Shown: positions 18,794 to 29,187 of the stretch, piece by piece
Layout of the letters: each line of letters starts with the position of its first letter
Position numbering within the stretch: the stretch's first letter is position 1
From: a virus
Strand: one strand, 5' to 3'
Virus record (IMG/VR): IMGVR_UViG_3300042566_000678
Location: 64,001-128,000 of that record
Length of the DNA stretch: 64,000 nt
Made by a program: the position numbers and the translations under genes
Notes under the pieces: model-generated
Database searches by the model: none
What the model was told of the DNA's origin: nothing
The model's input: the letters and a program-made list of their open reading frames with translations, nothing else

Positions 18794-19181
18794 TTAGATT
18801 TTTAGGTCTTTACACTCTTGCACAATATCTTGTTCATTAGCGTAAATATCCTTTACTTTGTCCAACGCTTCATTCCAAGCGGTTTCTGCGATTTTGGTAG
18901 CATCTTCTACCTTAATATATTTTGAACTAACTCCCTTTGAATCTTTAAGACTTAAAAAGGATGTTCCGTATAGTTTAGTTTCCCACATCATTTTTTGTAG
19001 ATTTTTGGATATAAGTATTATCCTGAATCATTTTGTATAAAATAATAAGCTGGTCTTTTGATAAATTACCTGTTTTTTCTAAATGATTTTCACAGGAATA
19101 TACAAAGCCCAGCTTATATTCGTATTCTCTTTTAAGTCTATTTATGATATTTCTATCTCTGTAACCTTTTTTGTTTTGCAC
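18794..19181 (-). other. Two small hypothetical CDSs (18794-18991, 18975-19181)
   Basis: Co-oriented packed ORFs. Confidence 0.55.
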
Positions 19182-19636
19182 TATTTACCCATTTTAAGAG
19201 ATAAACCTAATCCTAATGTGAAATCAGAACCAACTAAATTACCAATTGTCCATAATTTCAAATCACCATTAGCTTTTAATGGATTGTACATTAAGAATAC
19301 ATTTGGTTTAGTTCCATTTAATGTTGGTTGAATACCAGCACCAAACATCCACTTACCATCAACTACTTGACGAAGAATACCATATTTCATTTGACCTGAA
19401 ATAGTACCTGTCTGTGTGTTAATTGCAGGAATTGCAATGTTTCCATTTGCTTGCGCAGCTTGTATTTCTGTATAAGGTAAACCTGCGTAGATTCCCCATC
19501 CTTTTTTGATGTATCCTGCAGTAATGTACCCATCTGATGGACCACCCTTTCTAGTTGCAGAAAACAACCACTCTTGTGCGTTTGCGGCAGTACTCATTCC
19601 GAATACGATAGCCGATAATAATAATAATTTTTTCAT
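19181..19636 (-). CDS. Putative outer-membrane beta-barrel protein
   Basis: Signal peptide ANA-Q, Gly/aromatic strands, C-terminal FTLGLGLSLKM. Confidence 0.6.
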   Translation of the reverse strand: MKKLLLLSAIVFGMSTAANAQEWLFSATRKGGPSDGYITAGYIKKGWGIYAGLPYTEIQAAQANGNIAIPAINTQTGTISGQMKYGILRQVVDGKWMFGAGIQPTLNGTKPNVFLMYNPLKANGDLKLWTIGNLVGSDFTLGLGLSLKMGK

Positions 19637-19686
19637 AATCTGTTTTTTGTTCCCATATAAATATATAGTTTTTTAGAAAAACAAAT

Positions 19687-21978
19687 CTAATCAAGTTCAC
19701 TCATATACTCCAAAAATGGATTAGTATTAATAATTCTTGTATTAGATTTCACTTCTCTATCAACCAATGCTTTCTTATCAATCAAAGGTTTTACTTCCTT
19801 AAATTTCAATTTAGATACCATCTCAACTACACATACCCAATTATAAAACTTACGTCCCAACACATCTGCGGATTTAACCCTGTACTCCATAGCATAACCA
19901 ATGTAGCCTGAACTTGAATGAGATGCTCTATAACGTTTACGTGAATTTTCGTAGTAATAAAATGTTTTCATTTATTTTAGATTTTAAGTTTTACAAATAT
20001 AACAAATTAAAATGAGTTTTACAAATAATTAAAGGTAAAGTTTTAGAACAATCGCTGTAGTCCTTTGGTGTTTGCTCTCTTCAACTGAATATCCATTTCG
20101 GATTTGGTAGTTACCTCTTTACATTTCTTTTTATACCACCAATACAAATCTTCTAATGTTTTGAAACTACTTTTTAGGTTCATAGCTTTCTCCCACAAAT
20201 CATTATCAAACTCCTTCTTTAAATCATTCTGTAATTTCCAAAGGATTTTGTTTTCGTTGGCGAATGCTTCTAATTCCAATTTGATTGCCTTAAGTCTTTT
20301 CATTCTACTGGCTTCCATCGCTTCGTAAATACGATTATTTTCCTCTGTACCTTTATAGTTCTTATAGGTCAAATCATATACTTTCTGTGCTTCGGCTCTT
20401 GTATCTTCTGCTTCCTTAAACATATAAGAATAGCCATAATCACCATTACGAATTTTAAGTAACAATGGAGCATCCTCTTTAAGAGGTTTTTGGGGTCTAC
20501 CTTTTGTAAACCATCTGAACTTATTATATCCCATTACACAATACGATTTATATCTCGTATATAATCTGATAGTAATTCGGCTTCGTAAATATCCTGCTCC
20601 GTTAGGTTACATTCAATTTCCTCATCTAAAAACAAATCCAATGGTGGATTGTTATACTCTACATCATCATAAACCGATGAAGTATCCATGCCCAATGTTT
20701 CCAAGTAATACTCTTTTGTTCTGCTCATAACTTTTATTTTTATAATGTAAATATACAAAAAATATTTTACAATTCCAAGCATTTATTAAAATAAATCTGC
20801 CATAGTTAGAGGACCATTTTTATATGGTGCAATATCTAATTCATATGTAGTTTCATCAATTTGTGTATATGGTAGTGAATCCTTCAAAGGTCTAATTGCT
20901 TTTGTTCCAACCGAACCTTTCCACATTACCGCTAAATCCGCATCATATACTAAATTATCTTCAGATGAAAATATATATTTGCTTTGAATTGGGTTTGCAT
21001 CTATAAAATAGATATTTTCTATAATAGTATCACCCTCTTTCATAATAACTTTGTCCATTAAATTCATACTAACTCCTGTTTTTTAAGTTTATTTTGTTGT
21101 CTTTTGTACTTTTTCTCTGCTGATAAATATAACTCCCAAAACCTTTCCTTCCAATAATCTACGGATTTGGTTTCTTTTTTATCATATCGTAGAACACGTT
21201 TCTGCTTTCCGTTACGTGTCATAATCCATTCACCGAATATAGGTAAGTAGGCTGGAACTATATAATCTCCACCATGCTCTCTACTATGGTTGGCTAAATA
21301 GGTAATACTTTGTTGTGCTAGTTCCATAGCTTCATTAAAGTTTTTGGAATCTATAAACCATTTGGTTTGTTCTATTGTTAGTGATACGTTCATATTATTT
21401 GGCGGATTGAGATTTAACTAATGTGATTAATTTGAGTGGCGAAAGTGTCTGACCGAATATCAAATGTGATAAGATATTCAATCCAATTGCTTCCCAAAAA
21501 GTAATGTAACGTAATCCGAAGATTGATGGAACTATCCAATTCCATACATACATTAGTGGTGCACCCATCAAAATTAGTGAGGATAATCCTATAAATAATA
21601 TTCCAACTATTAAGTTTAATCTATCTGTATTCATAATTTTAAGTTTTAATCGAACCATTGTGAACGATTTGTTTTTACATTTTTAATTTGAGGGTCTTTA
21701 TACTTTGGGTCACCACCCAATTTTTCAGCTGCCTGTGCTATTTCGTTTGAACGAAACTCATCACCAACTCTACCAATCTCCTTTGCAGTTTTTAACTCTT
21801 CAGTAGATAACTCACCACCATTACTCAATGCTGCGAATGTTTTAGCGTGATAGGTATCTAAAGGACGAGTGAATTGTTTTAGATATTTGGCTTTTGAATC
21901 TAAATACTCAAAGAAATCTGCTTCATCTAAACAATTTAATTCGTTTTGAGTTAGTTCGTTTTCTGGATTGTATTTCAT
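19687..21978 (-). other. Run of hypothetical CDSs (19687-19971, 20043-20534, 20534-20782, 20786-21067, 21064-21393, 21395-21658 membrane, 21646-21978)
   Basis: Abutting ORFs; TATATTT-type promoters at ~19995 and ~20750. Confidence 0.65.
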
Positions 21979-21987
21979 ATTAGTATA

Positions 21988-22020
21988 AAATAATGGCTGG
22001 ATGTTTTCACACCCAGCCGT
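21988..22020 (-). terminator. Intrinsic terminator after the AAA ATPase gene
   Basis: GGCTGGGTG TGAAAA CATCCAGCC followed by a U-rich tail. Confidence 0.6.
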
Positions 22021-22030
22021 AGTGAATTAA

Positions 22031-23251
22031 TTACCAAACAATGTTTTCTTCATCATTAGCTTCAACCTTTTCTTCAAACAATGGTTTATCACCACTCTCA
22101 TCACGAAGATACTTTTGAACTAATTGTTTGATGTAAGTACGTTCTGAATCAATACCACCATCCGTAGAATAGAATGGGAAGATAGAGATTTCAGCGGCCT
22201 CAACCAAATTGAAACCATCATATAACAACCCAGCTAACTCCACACTAGCACGCGTAGATACTGCCGTACTCAATTTACCTGCTTCATTACGAATCTGGTC
22301 ACGAGTGTGAGCGGCGATTTCAGCAACTGCATTCAAGTCATAAGAATCAACGCCTGGATACAACATCGTAAGTAACTCCAACTCTTGCTCTTTATCAAGC
22401 ACATCAACCTCAATCGTAGTGAATCGGTCCATAATAGCCCGGTCAAGAACACGCGTTGATGTATATTCATTACCGATGTTAGCCGTTGCGATGAAAGTAA
22501 CCCCCTCTGCAACAGGAACGATTGGTGAACCTTCAGCCTCATCCAAACGTAAGTAACGTTGTCCCTGGTCTAACACACTCATTAAGATGTTCCATGCTTC
22601 TGGGTGAGCTCTACTCAACTCATCTAATAAGATAACTGCGTTAGGAGTTTTGATTGCCGTAACGAAAGCGGAATCAGAGAAGAAAGTACCCTTTTGTTTA
22701 TCAAAGTGAGTATTACCAATTAATGCTGCTCTCGGGTCCTGCGTTGCTCCCAAGTTAAAGTAATGGAAAGGTCTTCCTAATGCTTCAACCAATGCTTTAG
22801 CTGCCAACGTCTTACCCGAACCAGCAGGTCCAGTCATCATAATGTTACGAGCTCTAACTGCTGAACGGATTAAATATTTCCATTTCAAATCAGTCATAAT
22901 TAACGATTTCGGTTTTAATGCTACCGAACTATTTTGGATAAAATCCACAATAGCGTTGTGTTCTTTTGGAATCTCATTCGTAGGTTCTGCGTTGGTAGTG
23001 TTTAATGGTTTAACCAACTTATCATACTCTTTCATATCTACTAATCGGTAGGTTTTGTTACCCAATTTGTTAATGTGTCCTCGAACTGCTTTGTTAGTTC
23101 GTAGTGCCTTTGAGCGGGTGATTTGATTTAATTTAACGCCGGTTGTAACATCACCTTGTGTGTTCAACATTTGGATTCTACCATTAGATAATTTCTCTAA
23201 TTTGTAAATCTCATTAGTGTAACCGAACTCTGAATTTTTTAACTTTGTCAT
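22031..23251 (-). CDS. AAA+ ATPase (MoxR/CbbQ/CobS-like)
   Basis: Walker A GPAGSGKT, Walker B ILLDE, FIATAN, LDRAIMDRF. Confidence 0.92.
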   Translation of the reverse strand: MTKLKNSEFGYTNEIYKLEKLSNGRIQMLNTQGDVTTGVKLNQITRSKALRTNKAVRGHINKLGNKTYRLVDMKEYDKLVKPLNTTNAEPTNEIPKEHNAIVDFIQNSSVALKPKSLIMTDLKWKYLIRSAVRARNIMMTGPAGSGKTLAAKALVEALGRPFHYFNLGATQDPRAALIGNTHFDKQKGTFFSDSAFVTAIKTPNAVILLDELSRAHPEAWNILMSVLDQGQRYLRLDEAEGSPIVPVAEGVTFIATANIGNEYTSTRVLDRAIMDRFTTIEVDVLDKEQELELLTMLYPGVDSYDLNAVAEIAAHTRDQIRNEAGKLSTAVSTRASVELAGLLYDGFNLVEAAEISIFPFYSTDGGIDSERTYIKQLVQKYLRDESGDKPLFEEKVEANDEENIVW

Positions 23252-23295
23252 AGGAATTGGATTTATGTTTTATGTTTAATAATTAGTAACTCTCT

Positions 23296-23345
23296 CAATG
23301 TTTAGTAAAGATACGCAAAATAATTGATAATGTCAAGGTAATTGC
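23296..23345 (-). promoter_or_regulatory. Early-type promoter
   Basis: TTGACA at 23336-23331, N17, TATCTTTA at 23313-23306. Confidence 0.8.
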
Positions 23346-23369
23346 CAAATATTTTTGAACTTTTTTTCA

Positions 23370-25529
23370 TTATTTTTTAAGAAATAATTCGTTCAAAGTT
23401 TTGGTGATTGGAACTAAACCATTTACATCAATAAATTTAGCATCCTTACCATACATTTCAGAAAACACTTTCTTTGAACTTTCGTATGGTGTGTAATCAG
23501 ATACAAAGTAACTCAACACCCCAATACCACGTTGTTTGATTCTCTTAACCATTTCAGCGGTGTGCTTACTTGCTACCTGACGAGAATAGTTAATTGAATC
23601 ATTACCAAAGTTTGGTTCACCATCTGAAATGTTTAGGAAATAGGATTCCAAATCGTTAGATGATTCAACAAAGTGTTTCATAATTGCTTCGAAACACAAA
23701 CCTTCAGGTGTAGTACCATTTGGTTCTAATGCTGCTACCAATTGTTTAACCTTTGTAAACTTATCAGTACGAGAATCGTATGCAATAACCATATAAGGTT
23801 TACTATTATTCCAGCTTCCACCATCAATTGTTGAACGAACTGAAACCTGTACATCCAAGTTGTTTACCATCGTAGCTGCTTTACAGATAGCGATTGTAGT
23901 GGTCATTGCCTGTCTCCATCTATCACCTGCCATAGAGCCAGATGCATCTAATGAAATATGAAGAATGATTTTCTTAAATTTATCAACCTCTTTAGTGTAG
24001 AAAACGTTTTGGTAATCATAACCCAAAGCAGAAACCAATCGGCGGTCAATTCGTCCATTTAACTGACGATTGTAAACCGTATCACGTTCTTCACTACGAA
24101 CTTGCAATCTCTTACCCAATAAAGTTCCCAATGCTAATCCCTTTTGTAAGGTATTCTCATCAACAACCAACTCTTTAGTTCTCCAATCCTGTCTAGCCAA
24201 AGGAAATGCTTCGGATTTCATCAACTCTTCTGTCAACTTTTTAACCACTACCACCTGCGTTTGAGGAACTTTACCCACACCTTCGATAGTTTCACCAGCA
24301 ACATTCACCAATTCAGTACCCGATTTAGCAATCTGTTCTAATGCTTTATCATCTTTGTTAGTGATTGTTTTCTTTTTAGTTTCACCTTTTAAGAAATCTT
24401 GTTGTTTCTTAATTGCTTTCTCTAATTTCTTACGATTAGCTTCACTTAAACCAGCACCTTTATCAGAACCTTTACCTTCAGATTCTTTAACTTTAACCTT
24501 ACCTTTAAGTGGTTGGTTTAGAGAAGCAGATGGACCTGAATCAGAACCCGAATCACCATCTTCTGAATCATCAAACTCAACCTCTAAATCATCATCTTCT
24601 TCACCATCTTCACCCTGTCCGTTGCCAGAACCCTCACCTTTCTCTTGTGGTCCATCCTGCGCATCTTGCTTACCATTACCATTCTTTTCATCCTCCAGCT
24701 CATCAGCGATAGATTGAATGATAATCTCAACAATACCTTCTGCAATCTCAACTGATTGTTGAGTAGAGGTGATACGATTGATATTGTTTAAGTTTAACAA
24801 TTTAGAAATCTTACCTAAACCTCTCAACTTTGATAAGTTAGTGTTGGGGTTGGTGATATTGATAATACGGAACAAATAAGAATCAATTGTTTCCGTAGTA
24901 TATTCATTTGAAAGTAATCCTTTATCAATAGAAGCATCGTTGAAATATGTATCATATAAAGAACGATAGTAATCTCGGTAGCCAGGGCAGGTAGTGTAAA
25001 CGTGATTGTCAATACGTTTATCTTCTACATAGTTAGTTAAGTTCTTAACCAAATCCCAAATCCGTTGTTTAGCCCAATTTTGGTGAGATTGATTACCTCT
25101 ATCTACATTTTCAACCACATCTAAATACTTATCAACCAATGTAGGATTGGCTTTGTAATTAACAAAGGTTTCAAAATCAGTAAGAACAATGTGAGATGCT
25201 TCGTGCAATGCTAAACCAACCGTAGAATCAAACTTATCTGGCTTCAAATCAGAAGAGATAGTAACAGATTTACCATCGGTATAAGAATCACCTTTGACGG
25301 TAAAACGAACAGGAATGTTTCTGTTAGTAAGGATATTAACAAAGTTAGAAATGGCTCTACGATGAGCATTTAACTTTAAATAATGTAGGGTAGAGTTTTC
25401 AGTAGCAGTTCTGGTAGGAACATCTGAATCATCCAAATCATCCCAACCATAATCTAAATCGTAATCATTAGCCCAAAAAGAAGTGGCTGATTTGGTAGAT
25501 GTTTTACCTTTGAAGAAGTTGTTTATCAT
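23370..25529 (-). CDS. VWA-domain protein with N-terminal HExxH domain (CobT-like partner of the AAA ATPase)
   Basis: HEASH, acidic linker, MIDAS DASGSM...GTTP...ISDGEP. Confidence 0.88.
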   Translation of the reverse strand: MINNFFKGKTSTKSATSFWANDYDLDYGWDDLDDSDVPTRTATENSTLHYLKLNAHRRAISNFVNILTNRNIPVRFTVKGDSYTDGKSVTISSDLKPDKFDSTVGLALHEASHIVLTDFETFVNYKANPTLVDKYLDVVENVDRGNQSHQNWAKQRIWDLVKNLTNYVEDKRIDNHVYTTCPGYRDYYRSLYDTYFNDASIDKGLLSNEYTTETIDSYLFRIINITNPNTNLSKLRGLGKISKLLNLNNINRITSTQQSVEIAEGIVEIIIQSIADELEDEKNGNGKQDAQDGPQEKGEGSGNGQGEDGEEDDDLEVEFDDSEDGDSGSDSGPSASLNQPLKGKVKVKESEGKGSDKGAGLSEANRKKLEKAIKKQQDFLKGETKKKTITNKDDKALEQIAKSGTELVNVAGETIEGVGKVPQTQVVVVKKLTEELMKSEAFPLARQDWRTKELVVDENTLQKGLALGTLLGKRLQVRSEERDTVYNRQLNGRIDRRLVSALGYDYQNVFYTKEVDKFKKIILHISLDASGSMAGDRWRQAMTTTIAICKAATMVNNLDVQVSVRSTIDGGSWNNSKPYMVIAYDSRTDKFTKVKQLVAALEPNGTTPEGLCFEAIMKHFVESSNDLESYFLNISDGEPNFGNDSINYSRQVASKHTAEMVKRIKQRGIGVLSYFVSDYTPYESSKKVFSEMYGKDAKFIDVNGLVPITKTLNELFLKK

Positions 25530-25553
25530 AGTATCTATCTTTTAATGTATATA

Positions 25554-25700
25554 CAAATATAGTGAAAATAATTGAGAATGTCTAATGGTATTTTACCAAC
25601 TTTTGGTGTTATTTTACCCAATATTGATTTTATTTTATATCTAACTCTCATTACCCTATAAAGATACGCAAAATATATGATAATGTCAAGCTTTTTCTTA
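25554..25700 (-). promoter_or_regulatory. Tandem promoters upstream of the VWA gene
   Basis: TTGACA(25689-25684)-N17-TATCTTTA and TAGACA(25584-25579)-N17-TATATTTG. Confidence 0.75.
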
Positions 25701-25717
25701 AATATATTTTTGGACAT

Positions 25718-25742
25718 AAAAAAACCTCCCACTTTGGGAGGT
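25718..25742 (-). terminator. Intrinsic terminator
   Basis: ACCTCCC AAAGT GGGAGGT followed by a T run. Confidence 0.85.
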
Positions 25743-25763
25743 CTAATTATTAAATAGGTTTAA

Positions 25764-25925
25764 TTATTTAGCTACTGAATCAACTGCCGCCGAATCTGTT
25801 GCTACCGAATCTGCTGCAACAGTATCAACTGCTACTGAATCTGCTGCTGCTTCTGTGTTTTTCTCACCACAAGCTACTAATCCTAATCCTAATGCGATAA
25901 ACGCTACGAATAATAAATTTTTCAT
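25764..25925 (-). CDS. 53-aa lipoprotein with D-(S/T)-(A/V) repeats
   Basis: Hand translation MKNLLFVAFIALGLGLVACGEKNTEAAADSVAVDTVAADSVATDSAAVDSVAK. Confidence 0.8.
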   Translation of the reverse strand: MKNLLFVAFIALGLGLVACGEKNTEAAADSVAVDTVAADSVATDSAAVDSVAK

Positions 25926-25935
25926 ACTTTTTGTT

Positions 25936-26256
25936 TTATTGTTTATTTGTTTTTGGTTTATAATAACGTCTTTTTTTCTTTACAGGAACTTCGTTTCCTT
26001 TTACTACATCAGCTACTTCGCCCATTTCTTTGGCTACTTTCTTAACTGCTTTAGTAACATCTTCAACTTGCTCCTTAACTTTTTCAATCTTTACCTTTGT
26101 TTCTGTAAAGGTTTTGTTTACTTCTGCAATAGATTCCTCTACTACATCTGGGATTGAATCCCCATCCGAGTCTTTAATTTTACCACCTTTGGTAAGTAAG
26201 TAGACCACACCAACTGCAACCGCTGCTAATGCGAGAATGATTAGAATTGTATTCAT
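25936..26256 (-). CDS. Membrane-anchored coiled-coil protein
   Basis: N-terminal TM, DSDGDSIPD motif. Confidence 0.7.
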   Translation of the reverse strand: MNTILIILALAAVAVGVVYLLTKGGKIKDSDGDSIPDVVEESIAEVNKTFTETKVKIEKVKEQVEDVTKAVKKVAKEMGEVADVVKGNEVPVKKKRRYYKPKTNKQ

Positions 26257-26289
26257 TTATTTTTATTTATTTGGTTACTATTATAAATA

Positions 26290-26556
26290 TTAATCTTCGC
26301 CATATAACGAAAATCTTTTCTGTGGGACTTCCACTTCAACTTTGGTAACTATTTGAATAGTTCCTTCCCTCGCATCAATATAGAATTGAGTGCTACCATA
26401 CGATTGAAACCATGCTTCCAAAGCATCTGTAAGAGAACCGTAAGTTTGCCCAGCACCGATTGTCAAACCATTACCCTCTTTAGCAGCTTTCCATCTATCT
26501 CCAGGTGGAAATCTATTAAAAATAACCTTACGTTCTTCTTTAGTTTCTTTTTCCAT
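26290..26556 (-). CDS. Hypothetical protein
   Basis: 88-aa ORF. Confidence 0.7.
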   Translation of the reverse strand: MEKETKEERKVIFNRFPPGDRWKAAKEGNGLTIGAGQTYGSLTDALEAWFQSYGSTQFYIDAREGTIQIVTKVEVEVPQKRFSLYGED

Positions 26557-26765
26557 TATTCAAATACCTCTACGATTTTTGATTGTGCTGCTCCTTTGAT
26601 GTTATACTCTAACTGAATGTTAGATGCTTCAAATTCCTTAACAACTCTTGCTTCTGCTTCGGTCACCGATTGAGCATCCACTAAATATTGTTCTGTTACT
26701 TTTTTAGTTCCACCCTTACCATTGTCTGTGTGTAACTCTACTGCTACTTGAAAGTACTTCGCCAT
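26556..26765 (-). CDS. DUF4494-like protein
   Basis: KKVTEQYLVDAQSVTEAEARV matches a Bacteroidota family as recalled. Confidence 0.7.
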   Translation of the reverse strand: MAKYFQVAVELHTDNGKGGTKKVTEQYLVDAQSVTEAEARVVKEFEASNIQLEYNIKGAAQSKIVEVFE

Positions 26766-26853
26766 AGTTTTTTTGTTTATTTATTAGTTTTAATTTTTAA
26801 GTGATACAAATATACGAATAATATTTTATATCTCCAAATGTTTTAAGGTTTTT

Positions 26854-27357
26854 TTAAGTAGTTGGTAATTCTGTTAGTTTAAAGGCAATAGTAACACGCA
26901 AATTGTTATATCCTTTTCTTGGTGCCATTCCTTTGTGTTTATATTTATGTTCAAATAATACTGCCGAATTTGGTATTGGTGTTACGGCAATGGGTTCACC
27001 ATCTACCATAAAATAAGTTTCACCAACTAAAGATATATCATCGGTATCATTAAAGTAATATAAAAATGTGTAACCTATATCATTATTGAAAGAATCAACG
27101 TGCCAACTCCCATCTTGTCCTAATGTTTGACCATTGGCATATAACCTATCAATTTTAAACTTTTTATTACTTAACTTTTCGATTTCAGATAACCATTCCA
27201 CAAAGAACGGGTGTTCCATCAACTCCGAATACCAAAATCTATTAGCTGTTACATCTTTTGTACTATAACCAGAATAAACCCATTGTAAATTTTCAACAAT
27301 TTTTACAAGTTGATTATACTTTTCTTGTGTTAAGAAATCAAAATATCTCTGTATCAT
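26854..27357 (-). CDS. 2OG-Fe(II) oxygenase
   Basis: RLYANGQT..WHVD..H.G..LRVTIAFK. Confidence 0.85.
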   Translation of the reverse strand: MIQRYFDFLTQEKYNQLVKIVENLQWVYSGYSTKDVTANRFWYSELMEHPFFVEWLSEIEKLSNKKFKIDRLYANGQTLGQDGSWHVDSFNNDIGYTFLYYFNDTDDISLVGETYFMVDGEPIAVTPIPNSAVLFEHKYKHKGMAPRKGYNNLRVTIAFKLTELPTT

Positions 27358-27359
27358 AA

Positions 27360-28067
27360 TTATTCAATTGTAGTTTCATCCTCTGTTGCTTCATCTTCAT
27401 CGCCATCATCTACCACACCTTGTGTGATAATAGTTCCTCTCTTTGGTATCCTCCGTTTACCTACCAACAGAAAGAAGCAGTTATAGCAAAGGAATCGTAG
27501 ATTCTCCAACTTATGGTTTTGCCAATCATTATCTAAAAAATCTAATAATAGTGGAACTTTTCCATCGGTTGCTCTTTTCTCATCAAAACCACAACACGTA
27601 CATTCTTCTGCAAAGTAACCAGATGTAATCAATCTACGCTTTAATCTTGCAATTGGATAATCTGGTTTACCTTCACCTCTTAATATTTTATCTAATGCAT
27701 TCTCACCACTATGAACTTGGTTAGCACGGATAATACCAATACCAGCTGGATTTAATAAGTTTTCAAATATACCATAGGTTTTAGCCCATTTTTTATAGGT
27801 ATTATAAGATACACCCAATGTCCTAGCTGCCTCAAATGCGGATTTGGATTTAGATTGTGCATCTCTAATATCGTTTTCCAATATAGGACGAAACCCTGCT
27901 CCACGTGGATATGCTCCCGTAGACCATTTTTTCTTCACCATCGTATCTTTTATTTTTTCGATACGCTCTTCAGGTGTAAGTTTCTCCTCTTTGGGTTGGT
28001 CTACATCTTCCCACTTATCCTCACTATCTTCACCCCAATTAGCAAAAAACCTTTCTTCTTTCGGCAT
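27360..28067 (-). CDS. HTH + degenerate HNH/zinc-finger protein
   Basis: AARTLGVSYNTYKKWA; CTCCG...LDFLDND..NHKLENLRFLCYNC. Confidence 0.7.
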   Translation of the reverse strand: MPKEERFFANWGEDSEDKWEDVDQPKEEKLTPEERIEKIKDTMVKKKWSTGAYPRGAGFRPILENDIRDAQSKSKSAFEAARTLGVSYNTYKKWAKTYGIFENLLNPAGIGIIRANQVHSGENALDKILRGEGKPDYPIARLKRRLITSGYFAEECTCCGFDEKRATDGKVPLLLDFLDNDWQNHKLENLRFLCYNCFFLLVGKRRIPKRGTIITQGVVDDGDEDEATEDETTIE

Positions 28068-28068
28068 A

Positions 28069-28314
28069 TTAATCTATATTGTATTCTCGTATAAGATGAA
28101 TTGGTGTGATGTATTTACCTGCATCATCTGTTAAATGATGGTTTAATACATTAAATTCCAAATGTTCCCAAGCATCACTATAAGTCATACCATCTCTAGT
28201 CATTAGAGTAGTAATCATTATATCCGTATCATATATGTATCTACCGGTATCGTAGCAGTTTCCTATAATAGCCCCATCAAATCCATCCCATTTTATTTTC
28301 TCTTCTTCTTCCAT
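28069..28314 (-). CDS. Conserved phage hypothetical protein
   Basis: DGFDGAIIG..DGMTYSDAWEHLEFN pattern. Confidence 0.65.
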   Translation of the reverse strand: MEEEEKIKWDGFDGAIIGNCYDTGRYIYDTDIMITTLMTRDGMTYSDAWEHLEFNVLNHHLTDDAGKYITPIHLIREYNID

Positions 28315-28315
28315 A

Positions 28316-28924
28316 TTATTCCTCTATATGTTTATACCAACCGGTTATAATATATTTAGTTTCAGTTTCACTAACTTGACCTTTATGAAAATGTGTCCAA
28401 AATGCAGGCCATATTAAAAATTTACCAGCTTCTGCTTTTTCTGTGTGGTTTTGTGATTTAAACTGCGTTCCACCTGCCTCTACATCATTTAGATATATCA
28501 TCCACGCCAAAACTCTATTAGAACTATTGGGATAGCCGGGGTTCTCACAATGCCAATTATAAAAACCTTCACCTGGTAAGTATCGTTGTATGTTATATCC
28601 TTCCAAATCAAACTTTTGTATGCTATCTAATGCTGGATGTTCCAACATATAAGAATCTAATCCCTTTTCCAATTTAGAATTTATATATTGTACATAATCA
28701 AACCATTCTGGTTCACCACGTTGTATAGCATCTTCGATAAAGCCAGGATACATAGAAATATCGGTTGATTTTTTAGTAGTATTTTCATCTTTAGTTTCAA
28801 TTACCCCACCATTTATCACATACGATGTACCTTTATGTTTGAAATTTGATTTTTCAAATAACTCTATAAGGTCTTTGCAAAACTCTTGTGATAATAAATT
28901 TGGTACTCTATGTATAAAATCCAT
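28316..28924 (-). CDS. 2OG-Fe(II) oxygenase (prolyl 4-hydroxylase-like)
   Basis: WHCE..RVLAWMIYLNDV..GGT..HFHKG..KYIITGW. Confidence 0.9.
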   Translation of the reverse strand: MDFIHRVPNLLSQEFCKDLIELFEKSNFKHKGTSYVINGGVIETKDENTTKKSTDISMYPGFIEDAIQRGEPEWFDYVQYINSKLEKGLDSYMLEHPALDSIQKFDLEGYNIQRYLPGEGFYNWHCENPGYPNSSNRVLAWMIYLNDVEAGGTQFKSQNHTEKAEAGKFLIWPAFWTHFHKGQVSETETKYIITGWYKHIEE

Positions 28925-28926
28925 TA

Positions 28927-29187
28927 TTACTCCTTTATAAATTTATCAACTGCTTTTTGATTTCTATCTAAAATCCGTTTAACATTATCCCAAGCATCAT
29001 CATTCTCTTTTAATAACTTTGGATTCACACATTCAATACGAGTTGGTTCATCTCTAACTGGAACGATATAAGAAATAATATCAGCATCCTTTGCTAATGA
29101 TTCTTTTATTAGTTCCATCATTTCTCCCAAATTACTATTAGGTACACCATCTATATTAATGTAGTGAACCAAAATTATCTTATCCAT
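28927..29187 (-). CDS. Hypothetical protein
   Basis: 86-aa ORF. Confidence 0.65.
   Translation of the reverse strand: MDKIILVHYINIDGVPNSNLGEMMELIKESLAKDADIISYIVPVRDEPTRIECVNPKLLKENDDAWDNVKRILDRNQKAVDKFIKE

Noticed and set aside
22031-25529. Cobalamin biosynthesis (cobS/cobT) auxiliary metabolic genes
   Set aside because: There is no cobN or other B12 gene; a generic AAA+/VWA pair is the simpler reading.
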